This document shows, in pieces, positions 59,312 to 64,000 of a DNA stretch of 64,000 bases. Each line of letters opens with the position of its first letter. Position 1 is the stretch's first letter. The stretch is from Infirmifilum sp. GTDB taxonomy: Archaea > Thermoproteota > Thermoprotei > Thermofilales > Thermofilaceae. The stretch covers positions 1 through 64,000 of the forward strand of contig JBEULP010000108.1 of assembly GCA_041287245.1 (NCBI GenBank), given 5' to 3'. The notes under the pieces are model-generated. The model did no database searches and was not told the origin of the DNA. It worked only from the letters and a program-made list of their open reading frames with translations. Made by a program: the position numbers and the translations under genes.

Positions 59312-59966
59312 AATACTCGACCACTATATTTCTCTTCAACAAGACCCTTTTGTAGTCCCAGAGATATAATTTAAAGCTCTCGTAACCGCTGCTTCGAAGG
59401 TCGCGACGCAACTCTAGAGGAGTGTAAAGGTGGTAGTACCTCTTGTTTTTCCCATTTTTCCCTACCAGCACGTCCCGTGAAAGCATGGAAACAGCCCTCA
59501 AGAGGTTGTTCGGGTCGAAAAGACACCACACGGTGATAAGTGCAAATCCCCTGCAAACCTCTTTTAATTCCCTCAAGGCCTTGATCCTCCACCTCCTTCC
59601 GTGTACGTGATGGACCACCGCGGCTGCTAAGACTGTCTCAAACGCCTTTTGGCGGAACGGGAGGAAGACTATAGAGCCTTGTATGAAGTCGAGGGCACCC
59701 TCCAATTCCCATTTCCGGGCTCTATTGCGCGCGCTGACAAGCATGTTCCAGCTCACGTCGAGGCAAACAATCCTCTGCAATCCCTTCCTGGCTAGCAGGC
59801 ACGCTATGTATCCGGTGCCGCAGCCAGCGTCTAATAGTGGCTCTTGAGCCCGATCACCCAGCAAACGTAGCATCCCATTATACCATCCAAGTCTACCCTT
59901 GTCGTAGCTCTTGGATAACCGGTCGAATGGCTTTATAACGTGCTCAACCTCGAAGTCTTCCAGCAA
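59295..59966 (-). CDS. Class I SAM methyltransferase, Trm9/ALKBH8-like
   Basis: LDAGCGTG, AVVHHV, RIKALREL, LITVW, RYYHLYT..EL; overlaps elp3 start. Confidence 0.7.
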   Translation of the reverse strand: MLEDFEVEHVIKPFDRLSKSYDKGRLGWYNGMLRLLGDRAQEPLLDAGCGTGYIACLLARKGLQRIVCLDVSWNMLVSARNRARKWELEGALDFIQGSIVFLPFRQKAFETVLAAAVVHHVHGRRWRIKALRELKEVCRGFALITVWCLFDPNNLLRAVSMLSRDVLVGKNGKNKRYYHLYTPLELRRDLRSSGYESFKLYLWDYKRVLLKRNIVVEYYAREA

Positions 59967-60136
59967 GAAGCCTCCCTTAGTTAAACCAGGTGTCCACAGC
60001 TTAAAACTTCTCGCTTTAGCAGTGAAAGACTATAAATATCTCCTCCTGATATTCCTTCCCTTCACCAATAGCAATTGTATTCTAACAAGGGATTCCTGCA
60101 GGCTTGTTTTTAACTAGTGAGGATGGGTCAGCTCAT

Positions 60137-61591
60137 CTAACCTGAATGGGCTTTTATACCAAGCTCCCGTAGAACCAGTCTGACCAGGCTCCTGAACCAG
60201 CTATCGATCACGTAGAGCGTTGCGAAGTAAACAACCGCTCCTATAAACACTGCTAGCAGGGCTTCGCGTATCCTCCACGGGTTTATCCAGACCGCCACCA
60301 CGCTCATGGGTATGGCTGCTGCTAAGTACCTGGCTACGCTTGAAAAGACTGGTTTAAGCCTCACATATACTCTAGACATCAAATACAACCTTGCTAGGAC
60401 AAAAACCTCTGCAAGAAGCCATGAAAGTCTAGCAAGGACAGCTGCTGTAACACCGTCCTTGAACAATAAGATGACAAGCCCCACTCCCACTATGCCTAGG
60501 ACTGCCCTGGTTAAACCGATCAGCGTGATTTTAAATATGAGAGAACCTTTCAGTTCCTTTGGATGCACGTTATTCGTGTCTATAGACTCGACGCCCTGCA
60601 GGGTATCGGATAATACCCCGTTGACGACTCCTATGAGCGCAGCTATCGAAGCCACCTGGAGAACCTGTGACGCAGCAGTATAATCAGGTTTAAACAGGTA
60701 GAGAAGGTTGGGAGCTAAGATGATGGCCCCGACAGCTGTTGGGACTCCCAGTAGCAAGGTGAGCTTTAACGTCTCCTCAAGCTTCTCTTCCACTCTCTCC
60801 TGGCTGGAGAGAAGACTTGGGTAGAGCCCTTTGCCTAAGACATAGGAATAGCCTATTAGGTTAGAGTAGGTCAGAACCACCGTATAATACGCTACGACAG
60901 TGTTAGACAGAAAATGAGATATGAGGGGGACGTCCATCATAGCAACAATGGAGGCCGGCAGGCCCAAAGCGTTCACCCAAGAGTACAACAATATCCGTTT
61001 GATCGTGTCTAACCTGGGCTTATGTACTAGATCACTCCTCGTGAAAAAGAGCAGCGATAAGCTCTGCCCCACATGTCCGGCGAGGACTGCCAGAAGCGCG
61101 GTAAACAGACTTATCCGCGAAACCGCCATGAAGAACAGCGCAGCTAACAGTTTAAAGCTCTCGAATATGAACTCCGTCACCGCGGCTCGGGAGGGGTTAA
61201 CTGCGTATAGGTCTGAGTATAGAGCACTGTTTACGTAGTAGAAGGGTATGTAGGCTATGGAGAGAAGGATAATATTGTATGGGACGTTAAATAGGGTGGA
61301 GAGATCTCGAGATAGGAAAAACAAGGCAGTAATAGCTACAAGGGAGAACCCGATGCTCAGAAGAAGGCCGCTAATGAGTGCTGACGTGTCTCCGCGGGCT
61401 CTGAACCTCGTTATCCAGTAGTTTATAATTGTGGCTAGTGCGGCGTAGGAGAGTATGGAAGAAATCACGCTCCAGGCTCCGTAGTCGCTGGGAGTCAGGT
61501 TCCTTGTAATTATAAGTATAAAGAGTGCACCCACTACGACGCTGTAAACTCTCTCAGCGTAGAAGATGAGCCCTGCCCTCTTCAACCCCAT
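60137..61591 (-). CDS. Oligosaccharide flippase-like (MOP/Wzx) membrane protein
   Basis: ITRNLTPSDYGAW N-terminal motif; 12-14 TM. Confidence 0.75.
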   Translation of the reverse strand: MGLKRAGLIFYAERVYSVVVGALFILIITRNLTPSDYGAWSVISSILSYAALATIINYWITRFRARGDTSALISGLLLSIGFSLVAITALFFLSRDLSTLFNVPYNIILLSIAYIPFYYVNSALYSDLYAVNPSRAAVTEFIFESFKLLAALFFMAVSRISLFTALLAVLAGHVGQSLSLLFFTRSDLVHKPRLDTIKRILLYSWVNALGLPASIVAMMDVPLISHFLSNTVVAYYTVVLTYSNLIGYSYVLGKGLYPSLLSSQERVEEKLEETLKLTLLLGVPTAVGAIILAPNLLYLFKPDYTAASQVLQVASIAALIGVVNGVLSDTLQGVESIDTNNVHPKELKGSLIFKITLIGLTRAVLGIVGVGLVILLFKDGVTAAVLARLSWLLAEVFVLARLYLMSRVYVRLKPVFSSVARYLAAAIPMSVVAVWINPWRIREALLAVFIGAVVYFATLYVIDSWFRSLVRLVLRELGIKAHSG

Positions 61592-61722
61592 CCTGTCAAT
61601 ACACCTCAGCTTTCACAGCTAAAGGACTATCATTAGAGTAGAAAAATGTATCTGTAGGCCCATATTATATTGAAAATTAACCCGAATAAGAAAGTTTATA
61701 TACGTGATGAAACGATACCATA

Positions 61723-62679
61723 ATGATGAAAGGAACAGGTTTAAGAAGTAAAAAGACTTACCTAATCATCATCGCCATAGCTATAGTCGCAGCTCTTCTC
61801 ATCATGTTACCTCTCTTTAACCCCAGCAAGCCCCCTGAGAAGGTCACACTAAGAATAGCAACAACGACAAGCCTAGACGCTACAGGTCTTCTCAACGCTG
61901 TGAAGCAGAGGTTTGAGGCAAAGTACCCAAACATCAACGTCACATGGGTTGCCGTCGGCACGGGACAGGCTCTCGAAATAGGTAAAAGGGGAGACGCCGA
62001 CCTCGTAATAACACACGACAGGCCCCTCGAGGAACAGTTCATAAGTCAAGGTTATGGCGTCCACGGAATTTCCTTTGCATACAACGACTTTGTCGTGCTC
62101 GGACCGCCCGACGACCCTGCTGGAGTGAGAGGCTCGAAGAGCGTTGTAGAAGCCTTCACGCGTATAGCCGAGGCGGGGAAGCAGGGGAAAGCCGTCTTCG
62201 TCTCGCGAGGGGACAAGTCGGGAACCAACCTCAGGGAGCTCAGGATCTGGGACAAGGCTAAGATAGACCCTAAGGGGCAGCCGTGGTACAAGGAGACGGG
62301 GCAAGGCATGTCGCAGACGCTGATGGTGACGGATCAGCTTAAAAGCGCATACACATTGAGCGATAGGAGCACATACCTAGCGTTTAGGAATAGGCTTTCG
62401 CTCGTAATAGTGTTCGAGGGCGACCCATACCTCATTAACGTCTACAGGGCAACGATTATAAACCAAACCCGCTTCCCATGGGTTCATTACGACGCCGCTG
62501 TAAAGTTTGTAAAGTTTCTCATTTCGCCAGAGGGTCAGTCGTTGATAAGTAGCTATCAGAAGGACGGGACAAAGCTTTTCAACGTCTGCTTCGGGAACCT
62601 CACGGCCCTCGGGATAAACGACCCCTATGAGCAGCAGCAAGTTGCGTACTGGAAGGAGCAACTTCAAAAAGACCCCTAA
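61723..62679 (+). CDS. tupA: Tungstate ABC substrate-binding protein
   Basis: ATTTSLDATGLL, VGTGQAL, YNDFVVLGP, SRGDKSGT, YTLSDR. Confidence 0.92.
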   Translation: MMKGTGLRSKKTYLIIIAIAIVAALLIMLPLFNPSKPPEKVTLRIATTTSLDATGLLNAVKQRFEAKYPNINVTWVAVGTGQALEIGKRGDADLVITHDRPLEEQFISQGYGVHGISFAYNDFVVLGPPDDPAGVRGSKSVVEAFTRIAEAGKQGKAVFVSRGDKSGTNLRELRIWDKAKIDPKGQPWYKETGQGMSQTLMVTDQLKSAYTLSDRSTYLAFRNRLSLVIVFEGDPYLINVYRATIINQTRFPWVHYDAAVKFVKFLISPEGQSLISSYQKDGTKLFNVCFGNLTALGINDPYEQQQVAYWKEQLQKDP

Positions 62680-62729
62680 AAATTTCCAAGCAACTTATTT
62701 CTAGGGCAGAGTTTTTCTTTCTCATAGAG

Positions 62730-63398
62730 GTGTTTCCAAGTTTGAACATAAACGAACTGATCGGGATAACCCTGCTCTCGCTACGCGTATCAGGGACTGC
62801 GGTGGCCGCCTCTGCAACCGTGGGTATGCTACTGGGAGCTCTCATCGCGAGCCGGGAGTTCAGAGGCAAAAATGTCGCAGTTACGTTGGTATCTACTCTT
62901 ATGGGTATGCCTCCTGTTCTTCTAGGCCTTGTCTTATATTTGGCTCTCTCTAGGTCTGGTCCCCTCGGCTGGACGGGTTTGCTCTTCACCCCCGAAGCCA
63001 TGATTCTAGCCCAATTCCTGCTCACACTTCCAATCACCACAGGCCTATCAATTTCCGCTATTGAGTCCTTACCCCGCGATACACGTGAGACGATCTACTC
63101 GCTTGGAGCCAACCCTCTGTACGAGCTTCTACTTATGCTAAACGAGGCTAGGGCTGGCCTTGTGGGCGCTGTCCTCACAGCTCTCGGGAGGGCTATATCC
63201 GAGGTCGGGGCTGTGATTATCGTAGGGGGCAACATAAGGTATCAGACTCGGGTGCTCACAACCGCGATTGTGTTCTACACGAACGCTGGCGAGTTCGACG
63301 CCGCGCTCGCTCTTGGCGCTGTACTGGCCTCCGTCTACCTCGTTGTCAACATTGTACTGGTGTACATGAAGCTCAGGGTGGTTAGCGGTGGCTCTTAG
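62730..63398 (+). CDS. tupB: Tungstate ABC permease
   Basis: MGMPPVLLGL, SRSGPLG, GRAISEVGA..VGGNIRYQTRVLTT. Confidence 0.92.
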   Translation: MFPSLNINELIGITLLSLRVSGTAVAASATVGMLLGALIASREFRGKNVAVTLVSTLMGMPPVLLGLVLYLALSRSGPLGWTGLLFTPEAMILAQFLLTLPITTGLSISAIESLPRDTRETIYSLGANPLYELLLMLNEARAGLVGAVLTALGRAISEVGAVIIVGGNIRYQTRVLTTAIVFYTNAGEFDAALALGAVLASVYLVVNIVLVYMKLRVVSGGS

Positions 63399-64000
63399 AG
63401 TCGAAGGGGTGACTAAGAGCTTCTCCGGTCTAACCGTTCTGAGAGACGTTAGTCTAGAGGCACAGGAGGGCAAAATAACCTGTGTTGTGGGGCCTAACGG
63501 CTCCGGAAAGACCACGCTTTTACGCATACTAGCACTCCTCGAGAAGCCTGATAGAGGAAAAATCATCTACGATGGGAGGGAAATATCCGGGATTGATAAA
63601 GACTACCGGCGTAGCCTTGCATACGTCCCGCAAAGACCTGTAGTCTTAACTGCGAGCGTATACAACAACATCTACATTCCTCTAAGGGCCCGGGGGCTCT
63701 CAGCAGCCGAAGCCTCCGAGAGGGCTAAGCGGCTTCTAGCACTCACAGGGCTCGCTAGACTTTCGAAGACCCCGGCTCAGAAGCTCTCCGGCGGGCAAAA
63801 ACAACTGCTAGCCCTCGCCAGAGCCCTAGCCTTAGAGCCCAAGATACTAATCTTAGATGAGCCTACGAGCCACCTTGATGTCGCTAATGCCCCTATGATG
63901 AGGAGTCTTATACTAGAATATGTAAGAGATGAGAGAGCCGTAGCGGTTGTTTCAACTCACACGCTAGACGAGGTCATGGAGTTATCTGACCAGACTATTC
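63388..64000 (+). CDS. tupC: Tungstate ABC ATPase, 3'-truncated by window edge
   Basis: GTG 63388; GPNGSGKTT, LSGGQ, ILDEPT, STH; not in the ORF track because there is no stop in the window. Confidence 0.88.
   Translation, partial: MALRVEGVTKSFSGLTVLRDVSLEAQEGKITCVVGPNGSGKTTLLRILALLEKPDRGKIIYDGREISGIDKDYRRSLAYVPQRPVVLTASVYNNIYIPLRARGLSAAEASERAKRLLALTGLARLSKTPAQKLSGGQKQLLALARALALEPKILILDEPTSHLDVANAPMMRSLILEYVRDERAVAVVSTHTLDEVMELSDQTI

Noticed and set aside
60117..60183. GTGAGGA...CTGA...CTGA possible C/D sRNA
   Set aside because: No C' box, wrong spacing, and mostly antisense to the flippase 3' end
61660..61722. Possible ModE-type operator upstream of tupA
   Set aside because: Only AT-rich TATA-like sequence; no clear dyad
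766..63566. Many short overlapping or antisense ORFs in the six-frame track (e.g. 2048-2260, 7539-8135, 15262-15741, 38795-39166, 60306-60683, 62600-63040)
   Set aside because: They lie opposite or out of frame within well-supported genes and carry no recognisable motifs
1..64000. cas genes, transposases, integrases, tRNA or rRNA genes
   Set aside because: None recognised by eye; intron-containing tRNAs or very short elements could have been missed

Overview
Archaeal chromosomal window. Gene content (form III RuBisCO, Nre, thermopsin, GH57 amylopullulanase, C/D box sRNA, ATTGAAAG-ending CRISPR repeats, GGTG/GAGGTG ribosome-binding sites) points to a thermophilic Thermoproteota member, most plausibly Thermofilaceae; this is inference, no search was run. 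Most of the window is housekeeping and catabolism: a group 4 [NiFe]-hydrogenase operon with a complex-I-like membrane arm, pyrF-E-B-I-K, secreted proteases, two sugar ABC systems, a starch-utilisation cluster, rbcL, Nre plus a radical SAM enzyme, a Trm9-like methyltransferase plus Elp3, and tupABC. No cas genes, tRNA or rRNA were seen. The most striking signal is a leaderless repeat-spacer-repeat CRISPR unit (46793-46881) inside the DHH phosphoesterase gene behind rbcL. Its 39-nt spacer is the reverse complement of the gene segment that the unit has replaced, so the cassette sits in its own target site. A second, solitary copy of the repeat (2 mismatches) with a leader-like flank lies at 32932-32956, and a stand-alone CARF-like/PIN protein at 16879-18288. 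All functional calls come from motif recognition by eye; several start codons were moved from the supplied ORF track using overlaps and RBS.
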